Shown piece by piece: positions 37,549 to 49,096 of a stretch of DNA of 64,000 bases. Source of the DNA: Dimorphilus gyrociliatus (taxonomy: Eukaryota > Animalia > Annelida); assembly GCA_904063045.1 (NCBI GenBank), contig CAJFCJ010000017.1:1-64000 (forward strand), read 5' to 3'. Positions within the stretch are counted from its first letter, which is position 1, and every line of letters begins with the position of its first letter. The translations under genes were made by a program, and so were the position numbers. The notes below the pieces were generated by a model, which was given only the letters and a program-made list of their open reading frames with translations, was not told the origin of the DNA and did no database searches.

Positions 37549-39393
37549 ATGCTGATAAGGGGGAAGAGAAGGAGGGAAAACGTCGAGGTTATAAGATATA
37601 TAGTATACGTATATTCACATATAATAGAATTTTCATTTCTCAATTAGAACATCAAGGTTGGAGCAATCGATTTAAAGTCTGAAGTGAAGAAAGGTTTAAG
37701 GAAAGACTATACTATTGGTTTAGAGCAATACGACGGAAAAGGCGGTACTATCTATGTTGTTATTAGGAAAAAAAAGAAAATACTCTTCAAAGAAGATTTA
37801 TATCAAATTCAAATAATCGATTTAGAGAATTTAACAACTATTATTGCTAATAAGGTTAGGATTTAATTAATCGATTCATTGATTTATTGATCTCTATTAC
37901 TGATAAATCGATTTGACGTTAAATATCGTTGAAATAATTAATCGATGTATCTATTTTGACTATTTATTTCAATTTATAAATTTAGACTTCGGCGTTTGTC
38001 GTAAAATTTCCAGACTCGAATTGGGCATCTTCATTTTCATTTTGTAAGTTCTTTCTTGTCAATTTAAGTAGTATTGAATAATTCCAACTGCCAGAAGTAG
38101 TCAGAATCTAAAGTTTAGACCTATATCTATATATAAGGATTTAGGCCTATTCCTATATTTACACCAATGTAAATATCATTACGTAAAGCATAAGAAAGTG
38201 AAGGAAATCACGCAGAAAATATTCTCTTTAATAAAAAAATGCACATCTTTCTAGTCTACAAAGAAAAAGATGCCGACAAAGAGGAAGATATTGTTATACT
38301 TCCTTTCAAGTATGCTCCAGCTAGACCAAAAGCTCCCCAGCCACCTGTAGAAGTTGATCGTCAAAATTTACGTAAGCCTCAACTTCCACTTCCCTCTACT
38401 TCTTCTTCTCTCCCACCCCCTCCTCCTCCTCTTCTACAACAACAACAACAACAACAAAAACAAAAAAAACCACCACCACCACCACCACCACCGCCGCCGC
38501 CACCTCAGTCAAAGGTAAAGCCGATTCCTTTGGCTCCTCCAATTGGTTTAGAAAAACCGAAGACAATAAAAAAGGTAGAACGTAAAACTTCTGGCAAAAC
38601 GCAACAAGCAAAAAGAGGAGGAGAAGAGAAGTTGGAAGAGAAGGAAAGAAAGTGGAAATTCGATTTGAACGAGATAAGAAGTTTTAATAAAGAAAAGTTG
38701 AAAAAAGTTAAAGATGACGAAAAGAATAAAATGAAAAAATACGAAAATTATGCAGAGAGAGTCTTCGTAAATAATTTTAATAGTTTAATTCTTATATATA
38801 TCATAACAAAAACCAAATCAATAAAAAATTTAGCCAGGGATAAGTAGAGTTCTTGATAAAAGGCGAAGAGATGTGGCTGGTATGTTAGGTTCTTCTATTA
38901 CCATTCCTATATATATGATACTCTACTCTAATATTTCTTTTTAACTTACGAAAGGCGATACTCCGTCGCTCTCGGAAAAGGGGGAAGACGATTCGTGTAC
39001 GATTACCTATTACATTCAGTTATTTTTTATATTCGATAGCCAAAATGAAATGCATGTTTTACTTGTATTTTCAATTTAAAGGGTCGATAGATCAAGTTGG
39101 AAAGCGTAGGGTAAGCAGGTTAGAATAGGATACCTTTTAGGTTAAACAAAGGAAGAGAAGAAGAGACTGGTCAAATAATTGAATGATTGACGGCGATGCA
39201 CTTACTACTTTTTCCTTTGCAGAGCGGTAAAAGAGGCAGACGATTCCTTTCTAAAGGTAAAAAGGGATTAGTAAAACTTACAAACATGGGAAGATCGCTT
39301 AATCCATTCGCTTTAATCGACAATAAAAAGTACTCCTTTTCCAAGAGAGAATCAATAAGTAGGTCATCCATTCAAAATATCCAAAAAGAATAA
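37549..39393 (+). CDS. Highly divergent WASP-family-like protein (WH1/EVH1-like, poly-Pro, WH2, C-helix, acidic-Trp, basic tail)
   Basis: Exons 37549-37587, 37648-37854, 37986-38043, 38255-38766, 38834-38879, 38955-38996, 39082-39110 and 39223-39393 join in frame. WH1-like ILFKEDLY and VKFPDSNWASSFSFFYKEK; PPPPPPPPPP; WH2 DLNEIRSFNKEKLKKV; C-like GISRVLDKRRRDVA; A-like EKGEDDSW. The start exon is tentative. Confidence 0.75.
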
Positions 39394-39660
39394 AAATCCA
39401 AAAATTCCATAATTCAAAATTATTTTCAATTTATAATAAAATAATATATAGAATTTATTAATAAACTTCTTGTTAACGTTGTTTAACGTTGATTTACATT
39501 TAGGCCTATATCTTTCCTTTTTCCTCCTTTCTATTTGCGTTACGATAAAACGTGTTAGGCGGGAAAAAGGCTAGAAATTCTTTCTCTCGTTTAATATTAT
39601 TACTTATGTGCTGTGAAAAAATATGTTTAAGTATACAGTATTAAGTGTATAGGTGTGGGC

Positions 39661-39663
<3 letters not shown>

Positions 39664-39701
<38 letters not shown>

Positions 39702-39724
39702 AGAGAGAGAGAGAGAGAGAGAGA
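39664..39724. repeat. Compound (TG)n(GA)n microsatellite
   Basis: Directly visible, between the convergent WASP-like and LamG-1 genes. Confidence 0.95.
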
Positions 39725-39811
39725 AAGGCGAATGATTTATATGAATTAACATATGAACGATTAAATGCACCTACTGTTTTGTAAATCGATTAATGTACAC
39801 ATTTCTTAAAT

Positions 39812-40603
39812 TCAACTAGAAATCTTTCGTTTACCTTGAATTTGGCTTCGAATAAAAACTTGATGAATTTCATTTTCAATAAGAATTTCATCCCAGAACA
39901 TAAATTCGTCCAAAAATGAATTTGCGTACATTTTATCGTCCGATGAAGTTTGATTTAATCCACCAACGAAAAATTCATTAAAATTCGTCTCAACAACTAG
40001 ACGGCTATAGACATAAGAGTGGACTGGGGCAGTTAAACTACCATTTACGTATACTGTTATAGTATCGTTAGCCTTCCAAGTCCAACAGTAATGTCTCCAT
40101 TCGTTTTCTACCACATCCATAATAAATGTATTATAAACGTTGATCTTGTCGGCAATGTATATAATTAAATATTGTTTATCGTGATAAACGGCAATTCCGT
40201 AAGAAAGACCATTTAAAGCTCCATTACCGAAATAGTAATGCGTTCCATTCGATTTCTTATTAAGCCAAAAGCAAAATGTATGACCGTTTAAGCACAAGTT
40301 TGGAGAGAGGAAGCATTCATCTCTTCTCCTCGTTACTATCACGTAGTACGGGTTAGTCAGGTCAAGAGATTTATCTACAATGCTATTGGATGACGAAAAG
40401 AATATATCTTCGGATGTATTATGATTAGTATTAGTGTTATTATCATCGTTAGAATGAATACTAGAAACATTGATAAATCTACCAAATTTTAAATCATCGA
40501 AATCCCAATAATGCTGCCTGTTGAATGGATAAAGGCTGCCTAATCCCAGTGTTAAGGGGATTAGATGAAAGAATAAATGAGAAATTAATATCAGTTTCTT
40601 CAT
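39812..40603 (-). CDS. Secreted LamG-like (concanavalin A-like fold) protein 1; 3' exon uncertain
   Basis: ATG at 40603 with a signal peptide. Motifs HYWDFDD, RRDECFLSPNLCLNGHTFCFWL, WRHYCWTW, VYVNG and LDEFMFWD. A splice donor at 39834 implies at least one more short 3' exon. Confidence 0.88.
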   Translation of the reverse strand: MKKLILISHLFFHLIPLTLGLGSLYPFNRQHYWDFDDLKFGRFINVSSIHSNDDNNTNTNHNTSEDIFFSSSNSIVDKSLDLTNPYYVIVTRRRDECFLSPNLCLNGHTFCFWLNKKSNGTHYYFGNGALNGLSYGIAVYHDKQYLIIYIADKINVYNTFIMDVVENEWRHYCWTWKANDTITVYVNGSLTAPVHSYVYSRLVVETNFNEFFVGGLNQTSSDDKMYANSFLDEFMFWDEILIENEIHQVFIRSQIQGKRKISS

Positions 40604-41112
40604 CCTTTTATCTTTTGATTCTCAACGAGGAGAGAAATGATTTTCATTCGAAATATAATAAAAGAGAGATAAGAGGCCGTTTGTTCTCTCCTCCGTTGAT
40701 TCATCAATAAGAAAGCATCATTGTATAGTTTTCTTCTCCCTTAAATATCTTTGTATAACATGTTCTTTTTTATGTTTTTCCACTTTTATTGTGTTTGTTT
40801 TCCCCCCATTTTTTTATTACGATTTGTTTAGTTAATTTAAGCCTAAACAAACGTAAAGTGTAGCCAGCTTTTTTTGTATATAAATACTATAGAATTTCGG
40901 TATTTTTTCCCATTTCCTTTGATTTTACGTCTATATATATAACTTTTTTTCGTCCTATTCAATTTGTTCCCTTAACTAATTCGTTTCAAAATCATTACCT
41001 TCTAACTAGTTACAGTTCTTTCTTCGATTTAACTAACTGGGACATAACAGAGGTCGTTACCAGTCGTTAATCGATGAAATCATCCAGTTATGAAATTATT
41101 ACAAAGCTTTCT

Positions 41113-42359
41113 TTATTGACCTAAAATTGAGCTTGATCTATTTACGCAATATTTTTTTGCCTTAATTAAAGATTTGCCTATAAATGAGACTTGGGTAAGG
41201 AAATATGAGTCATTTTTCTATAATTCTAAAGAAATTGTCTTACTTGGATCTGGACTAGGGGGTCCAGGGGGACTAGGGGGGCCAGGAGGTCCTGGAGGAC
41301 CTGGAAGGCCAGGAGGACCAGATGCACCAGGAGGTCCGGGAAGTCCGGGAGGTCCTGGAGGACCTGGAAGGCCAGGAGGACCAGATGCGCCAGGAGGTCC
41401 GGGAGGTCCGGGAGGACCAGGAAGACCAGGAGGACCAGGTTCGCCGCTGCCAGCCAGTGAAACTGTATCAGAATATACTTATATTGCGTGTTATTGAAGC
41501 GTAAAAAGGGATATATTAGCTAATAACGACTATACTACATGGGTAAAATAGTATATAATAGATTCAACGTACTAGTCTCTTTGTTCGTACAATCTTCTTT
41601 AACAGCCAATTGCGTATTATTGAAAATTTTATTGATAAATTCAATGCTTTTCGATTCCTCCCAGAACATAAGATGATCCATATACGCAGATGCAAAGAAC
41701 GGCTCTTGGTCAATGTCCGACGAGTGGAGGTTATTAACACCAATAGTAAAATCATTATATTCCGTATAGGCTAGATGCTTTGGTTCTCTGTCAAACTGCT
41801 TGAACGGTTGACCATTTACGTAAATAATTAGACGGTTATCGTTGCGTTTATTCCAAGTCCAACAGTAGTGAACCCATTCGTTAAACTTGTTGTCGGCAAT
41901 TGAGTTTATATAGGTAAAATACTTATCTGACACGTAAACATAAATGTAATTAGTTGAGAATTTGAAAGTTATTCCATAAGATTGGTCGCTATCTCCCCCA
42001 TTGGAAAGGAAATAGGCAACACCTTCGGCTGGAACATTCTTATATAACCAAAAACAGTACGTATGACCATTTTCGCATAAATCTGGTGAGGAGAAACATT
42101 CGTTTCTCTTGTCTGATATTTTCAAGTAGTATTTTCCGTTTAAATTTAATGCTTTTCCAGTCACTTTGAACTCTTCCGATAGGATTATTCCCTTTGAATT
42201 TTCATCTCCAACCAATGTTATATTTTCAGGTAAGTTACCGGTTAAACAGTCGGCTGTCCAGAAATACTTACTATCGTACGGATATTTATTACACTTGACC
42301 GATGAGATGAACGATAGAATAAATAATAAACTCTGACAAAAGAGCTTCTTTTTCTTCAT
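41113..42359 (-). CDS. Secreted LamG-like protein 2 with a C-terminal collagen (Gly-X-Y) segment
   Basis: ATG at 42359 ([23 protein letters not shown]). LamG motifs [30 protein letters not shown] and MDHLMFWE. The donor GTACGT near 41570 joins exon 41477-41244, which encodes 19 uninterrupted Gly-X-Y triplets. The last exon (to 41113) is tentative. Confidence 0.85.
41285..41410. repeat. 63-nt near-perfect tandem duplication inside the collagen exon
   Basis: GGAGGTCCTGGAGGACCTGGAAGGCCAGGAGGACCAGATGC(A/G)CCAGGAGGTCCGGGA(A/G)GTCCG occurs at 41285 and at 41348, with two mismatches. Confidence 0.9.
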
Positions 42360-43905
42360 ATCTTTTGTCTTTCTCGTCCTTCCTTGAAGAGCAATGGCCG
42401 GATGTAGGACAGTATTGAATTTAGGTATAAACTTGAGATCCTTCCCCACTCAGAGTTGAACGTTTAATAACAAATAACCAATAATATTTCCTTTATGTGA
42501 TCTTGAACAAGGTAAATGGGTCAGCAGGTCAGCAGGTGGGCAAAAAACTAGGAGGTAGAGTAAGTAGCAAAAATTGATATATGGATATGGATGAATTGAC
42601 GGACGGAATAGAGTAAGAGAGAATGAAGTGTGAGATTTTGATACGAATCAATGGAATGGAATATATTGAGTTTATATGATCGTTTAGTTCAGTTTTAAAG
42701 ATTCTCCTAAAGGATATTGAAAATCAAACTAGCAGATCTTTTACGTTTTGTACATTGAAGAGAATTGATTCAAGTTTTCCATCTCTTTTCAGCAATTTAA
42801 AAATATCAATAAAATAAATATATTGGATATGTTCTTTTAACAAAATCTAAGGCATTCAATAAATACTTGATACACTTAATAAAAACATTTGTGTCCATAA
42901 CTAGTTTCTCTTTCATTCAACCATCTTTTTCCTCCATTACTCTTCATGTGTTTTAGTGAAAAAGTCCTCTCTAACCCCAACCTTAACCGTCAATTGTATT
43001 ACGAAAACAAAGAGAGTCCACTCAATAGATGTCGTCATCATTTCTATTTAAAAAAATCCAAGTTTGCCTTCACCTATATTAACCTTGATGTTGTTATACA
43101 TAGATTTATAACAAAGAGAACATGCACGTTCACTCAGTTACCATCTATAGTAGCTTTATTAAATGTTAGTAATTAATCCTTTCAATTTCTGTTACACATA
43201 TAATTAGTTGAAAGACGAGCATCATGAAAGAGAGAGTGAGAGAGAGAGAGCAAGTGATTGATAAAGAAGCAGAATAAACTATTTAAAACGTCCCAGTTTC
43301 AATTTCCAAGAGGTAGTAATTAATTAAAAAACCGTTGAAAGTTACCTGACCAAAGGAATATATGCAAGAATTTCTTATAAAGATAACTAACAACTTAATG
43401 TAGCTTGTCACCTGAAAACGGTAATTTTTGAAGGATAGGAGGAAATGGGATGCTCTTCTACGTCAGAAATTATATCAATCCAACAATGATAAGACTTTTC
43501 CATTACTTTTAATCATTGAGGAGAGAAGATAAAACAGTTTCAATTAACAACAAGTTGGTTGTCTGCTACAACATTTGTCCTTATACTTATTGAGAAAATT
43601 TGCTTACTAATCGCCTATAGATGGAGTTAACGCCTTCTTTCTCTGAACACGACGCTCTCATTAAAGTTGAAGAGGGAGAAAGAGAGTGGGAGAGAAAAGA
43701 AGATGAAGGAGAGATAATATTACCTCATACCTGTTTGTTTACTTTACTTATATTTTCCCAATAGAAAAGTAATGACTAAGAAAGATAATAATAAGTATTG
43801 TCTTCTCTCTCTATCTTCTGTTTTCACTCTTTAGTATACAAGTATGTTTAATTGAATTTTATACAGTACTAGTAAAAGTGCTTTTAATGATTGTACGCTA
43901 CGATG

Positions 43906-44730
43906 TTATTGTTTGTGCGGAGGGTTATTAATGATGAATAGCATGACAGAAGATTGTATAAGCATACCTTGGTTGATGAATTCTAATGTTAGTTGAAAAG
44001 CATTTAGAACGAATTCTTTGCTCTTCTGCACTTCCCAGAACCAAAATTCGTCAAATAAGCTACTTGCGTAGTAATGATTGTAAATAGATGGATGTGAATA
44101 TTCGCAGTTTGCTCCAAAACGTAAGGGAAACGTTTTAGAGGTTGATACATTTTTCGACTGTTTAGAGGTGGATTTCGTTGCAGAAGTTCCATTTATGAAC
44201 AATTCTATAGGACTAGAAGTATTCCATGTCCAACAGTAGTGATTCCAAAATTTATTAAAATCAATAGAATGATAGAGAAAATAGTAAAATGAACCATCGG
44301 AAAGTTTTATTACTAAATCACCGTTGAAATGATAAAAACTAACACCTTTACTGTCTTCAATATTCCCTCCATTGGTGAAATAATAATGCCAACCACTCGT
44401 ATTTTGAAGGGTTTTCACCCACAAACAATAAGTATGACCATTAACGCATAAATCTGGTGATAGTAGGCATTCGTCTCGTCTGGTGGTCAAATCTATATAG
44501 TAATTTGTTGAAAAGTTGAGAGATTTTCCCGAAACAATATCCGAACTAGACAATTGAATTTCGTTGGAGGCGTCCTCTCCAGAAATTGCAGGAGTTTCAC
44601 CAATTCCATTAAATTCTCCTTCATCAAAACTCCAATAATAATATCTTGCATTGTCTCCTTTGGTAAATGCAGTCATAAAACAATAGAAAAGGAGCAATCT
44701 AGTGTAAAATTTCCACAATTTCCTCTTCAT
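43906..44730 (-). CDS. Secreted LamG-like protein 3; 3' exons uncertain
   Basis: ATG at 44730 with a signal peptide. Motifs YYWSFDE, RRDECLLSPDLCVNGHTYCLWV, WNHYCWTW, LFING and FDEFWFWE. Donor at 43967; candidate downstream exons lie at about 43645-43150. Confidence 0.88.
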   Translation of the reverse strand: MKRKLWKFYTRLLLFYCFMTAFTKGDNARYYYWSFDEGEFNGIGETPAISGEDASNEIQLSSSDIVSGKSLNFSTNYYIDLTTRRDECLLSPDLCVNGHTYCLWVKTLQNTSGWHYYFTNGGNIEDSKGVSFYHFNGDLVIKLSDGSFYYFLYHSIDFNKFWNHYCWTWNTSSPIELFINGTSATKSTSKQSKNVSTSKTFPLRFGANCEYSHPSIYNHYYASSLFDEFWFWEVQKSKEFVLNAFQLTLEFINQGMLIQSSVMLFIINNPPHKQ

Positions 44731-46030
44731 TTTAGGTAATTATTATGAAGAGGATAAGAGGCTGATGAGGAGGGAGAGATATTAAGAGTGAGAAGAGAGA
44801 GAGAGAAGAAAAATTAAATATCTACTATAGTAATATACTATATATATTCTTGCTTTCAAATAATAGTTAATTATTAACTTTGCAGTAGAAGGTATGAAAG
44901 GTAAGAGAGACTTTGCAGATGGAGAAACAAGATACTCACAAGTACATGTAAAGTAGGAAAATAATTATATTATATATATATATACTTAATAAATAATAAA
45001 TACTTTTGCTGAATTTCCTCGACCTAATCAATTATCCAATAAAGATCGCTTCTTTAAGCGCTTTAACACTTTTTACAAACTTTCAACTATTCAATTCACT
45101 TGATTTTCATAAGTTAGCTATAGACTAACTTTTATTTAAATACTAGTTAAAGGTATATAATTACGTGTATTTAGGTCATTAAAAACATAAAAAATATGAA
45201 TAGAATAACATTCAACTGATTACTTGAATGATTAGATTTAATAGATTTTTATACTCTTCTATTTGCTTTATCAAACTTACTACAATGTATCTAGTGTACG
45301 GTGTAATGAGTTTCTACTATCCCTTGGAAGAGAAAGAGTTCTCTTTCTCTCTTCCTCTCTCTCTCTCTCTCTCTCTCGTTGCTTTGCTCGATAACCCTAC
45401 CTATCCCCTACAGCCTATATCTCCCAATTTTCTTTCGCAATAACATCCATGTCTTAAGCTGCGGACATGCAAATAATACATCTACAGCTGACGATAATAT
45501 GTAAGCCTACATTGACGATAATAAATCCCACGTCCGTATGGGCGAAATCTTGTTATGCCGTTTCCCTCCGCCCCGCTTCCCCCCTCCTCCTAGTTAGTAC
45601 ATAAACTGGTATGAAAGAATGAAAGGAAAATCTCCTAAAACTTAATGAACTATCCTTCAAAAAGTCGCCATTTTGATAGATGAATTGTAATAATTGTACA
45701 TAGATAAAATATTATATATAGCACGTAAATACAAGTATAAATTCGATATTTACCCTCTTTTCATTTCTATTTTCCCTCTTTATTCCTCTCTTCTATTTAT
45801 CGCTTTTCTTTTATTATTGTTTATCTATTATTTCCAACTATTATTTTGCTTGTTTGCTCATTTTTATACATGTACAAAAGCAAATCATATAAAAGTAAGA
45901 TTCGACTTGATTAAATAGAATGTATATTAATTTATTGCATGCCTTGTTTTCTATTTAAAGGTTTAGGGTAATCAAAAATCTAGTCATATAAAAACCTAAA
46001 GTATTTTAATCTTTCTTATGTTTCTTTATT

Positions 46031-46069
46031 CCTCCTCCTCCTCCTCCTCCTCCTCCTCCTCCTCCTCCT
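46031..46069. repeat. (CCT)n microsatellite
   Basis: Directly visible, intergenic. Confidence 0.95.
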
Positions 46070-47075
46070 TCTCGTTTTTAACATTAAGGGCTAATTAATC
46101 AAGCCTTTCTCTAAAATCTCCTAAGCTAAATTATCTTGAATTGAACAAATTCAACTGTATAGTTATAATCTATGATGCTTTGGAAACAGATGTTGCACCT
46201 GCATTTAACGGCTAATTCCGGGCCAAAAGGGTTTTTTGTGATGGAGTTAATAGCATAATGTATGGAAAGGGCAATTATAGAAGAGATTTTTATTCTACCT
46301 TTAACCATATTTATTAGTTATTGAGCTTGAAAGAATTGAGCTTGAAAGTGGGGCCATCTATAATTGTTTTTCTTTAATATTTTCATAACGAACACTTGAT
46401 GAACGAGAGAGAGAGAGAGAGACAATGATATAATGAGATGGTTAATCATGATAAATTACATTCCTTTAATTATCTTTCAATTTTATGACGAAAACAATAA
46501 CAATATTTCCATTCATACATCCTCCCAACGTAAATGAAAATCTAAATATAGACTCTATCCTAGTAATAATTGATTAAAATTTTAAAGATAAAAAGTGATG
46601 ACGTAAGTAAATTAGGTGTATATGTGGATACAATTTGCAGCTGATAAACCAAGATTAAAATTTACAACTGACATTCAGTCAGCCTATATTGATATTCATT
46701 CAATAAATAAATTACGAATCGTAGGTTAGACGTCGAGTGAGCAGAGTGTATAGACCTTTTTGACATTCAATTGGACGAGATACTCTGATAGATTGTGAAT
46801 GAAATTTTAGATTAAAAGTGATTTTCAGCAAAGAACCTAAAGCTAGTAATATAAAAATGAATATTGATTAGCAACCCCTATGTGATTCATTACGCCGTAT
46901 ACATCATTCAAATAATACAGATGTTCATAACGCTATTTTTTTTAATAGTATTTTCATCATTTTTTATTTCGTGGCAAAAGAGAGAAAGTGAATTGACGGA
47001 TTTTTCTTCTTTTTTCCTCCAACAAACACAACAAATTCCAGAAGAAAAGGAGAACAAAGAAACAAAAATTCAACA

Positions 47076-49096
47076 ATGTCAACAAAGGATCAAGATCATA
47101 GCACAAAGCTTATAAAAGTTTGAATTTGTCGATTGACGTAATCAATTATTTTCTTTTTTCAATTGTGTTCTCTCTAAATAGTTTAAAGAAGCTCTTGGAG
47201 AAAGTTTAATAAAGGATCACGACGACGCTTATCTAATTAAATGGCTATACGGTAAGGAAACAACAATAAGGACGAAGAAGAGACAAATTGAACATCTTAT
47301 TAAGAGTTTACTTTTTCCATTAGCGAGGAAGTTTGTTATTGAAGATGCGGCAGAGATGTACAAGAAGGTAATGAATTCCAATAGCCTACATTTACAAGGG
47401 ATTTAGTAAAAAACCAAAGTACCTTGAATTGAATTTTTCATTCAAACAACAGACGGATAGATATCGATAAAAAAAAACAATACTAAATTGAATAAGTTTA
47501 ACGCTTAATGTGTTTTTTGTTTTATTATTGTTGCTCTTCATTAGAGTATGATTTGGCGGCGAACTACCGGAGCTGATACTCTAATTAAAACATACCAAAA
47601 ACCGGAAATACTAGAGAAATACTTTCCAGTTTCCTTTGTTGGCATAGATAAGCAGGGTAATCCGATTCTTTTTAACCATAGCGGTATAACGGATTTTAGG
47701 GGTAAACAAATGAACATGTTTAATTGATTGGTTGATTGATTTGCTTAAAAACTGTTGCAGGACTGTTCGATTCAGTTACAAAAGTTGAATTTATAAAATA
47801 TATGACTTATCTAGCCGAACTCGGTAGAAAGTTATGCAATGAACAAAGTAAACAAATGGAAAAGTTTATTGGACAAATTTCTGTTGTAATTAACGGAGAA
47901 GGTTTCTCCAGACACAACATGACAAAGAAACGTAAAGATAACTAAAAACAGTATATTAATTATGTATTTTCAATTGTATTTCTATTCCATTAGTAATTGA
48001 TTATATGACTGAATTCTTGAAAGTTTTTGAAGCTAACTATCCAGAATATCTATATAAGTTTTATATATTAAACCGTAAGTAAACAATTGATGAAATTCAC
48101 TCCTCAATCAATCAATTATCGTTAACAGCTCCAAAAATATTCAAATTACTATATAATATAGTAAAACCATTTTTAAAGAAAGCTACAAGAGATAAAGTAA
48201 TCTTTTTAGGAAGTAAGTAAGGGAGAGAGAGAGAGAGAGAGAAAGCTTCCTTAACATAAGGACATCCAGTATATAATGTCTTTCAACAGATGATTACAAG
48301 GCTAAGCTCGCTATTGATTTTCATATAGAAAATGCTCTTGATACGTTTTGTATCGGAGAAGGATCTTCCTCTAATAAAAAGGTAAAGTTATCTTTGCTAA
48401 AACACCTCCTTACTACTCTATTTTATACTGTTGATTGAATTAATAAAAAGAGAATTGAATACAGAGCAAATCCGATTACATCGTTCCCGATGAATATAAA
48501 ATGAATAATGAGAATATTTCCGATGTAAACTCTGAAATTAAAATAGGAAGATTCGGCGAAGTGGAAGTTGATTTTCTTGTTGAAAAATCTAATTCGATTG
48601 TCAGGTAATATCTAAATACAGTAAAACGATTAGCTGACAAAAGATCTTGACGAATTCTTAACATCTATACAAACTCTCTCTCTCTCTCTTCTAGATATTC
48701 ATTTCAAACTAATGATAAAATCAAGTTCGGAGTTTATAAAAAGACCGATAATAGTCAAGTTAAATATGATAAAATGAAAAAGATCGAAGCTTTACACAGC
48801 GTGGAAAGTCACAAATATCCCGAAGACGGGTGTTTTGAATGCGAAGAGGAAGGAATATGTATGATACTAATTGTCCAATAATTGCATTGTTCTATAGACT
48901 ATAAATAATATCTATGTTATCTACAGATACCATCGTTTGGAGTAATAAAACGTGTTTAATAGGAAAGAATCGCATAAATTATACATTGGACGTTTTGCTT
49001 CCTAATTGCGACACTGATAGTGGACAGAATATCATTAGCAAGCCAGCTAAGTGTATAGCCATTAGAGGCGCTCATTCTGCTAAACTTAAACAATGA
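47076..49096 (+). CDS. SEC14L: SEC14-like CRAL-TRIO + GOLD lipid-transfer protein (SEC14L2/3/4-like)
   Basis: Eleven exons join in frame: MSTKDQ...|FKEALG...DDAYLIKWLY|ARKF...|SMIWRR...PEILEKYFP...GIDKQGNPI...|...|FEANYPEYLYKFYILN|PPKIF..LYNIVKPFLKKATRDKVIFLG|...GOLD RYSFQT.DKIKFGV...EDG.FEC.EEGI|YTIVWSN...*. Confidence 0.93.

Noticed and set aside
41174-41504. Plus-strand GPGGPG-rich ORFs (silk- or elastin-like)
   Set aside because: Antisense shadow of the minus-strand collagen exon, which has proper splice sites and joins LamG-2 in frame.
14471-47145. Recurrent TGACGTAA (CRE/PAR-bZIP-like) octamers at about 14471, 23125, 46598 and 47135
   Set aside because: About two to three are expected by chance at this base composition; four is not a convincing enrichment.
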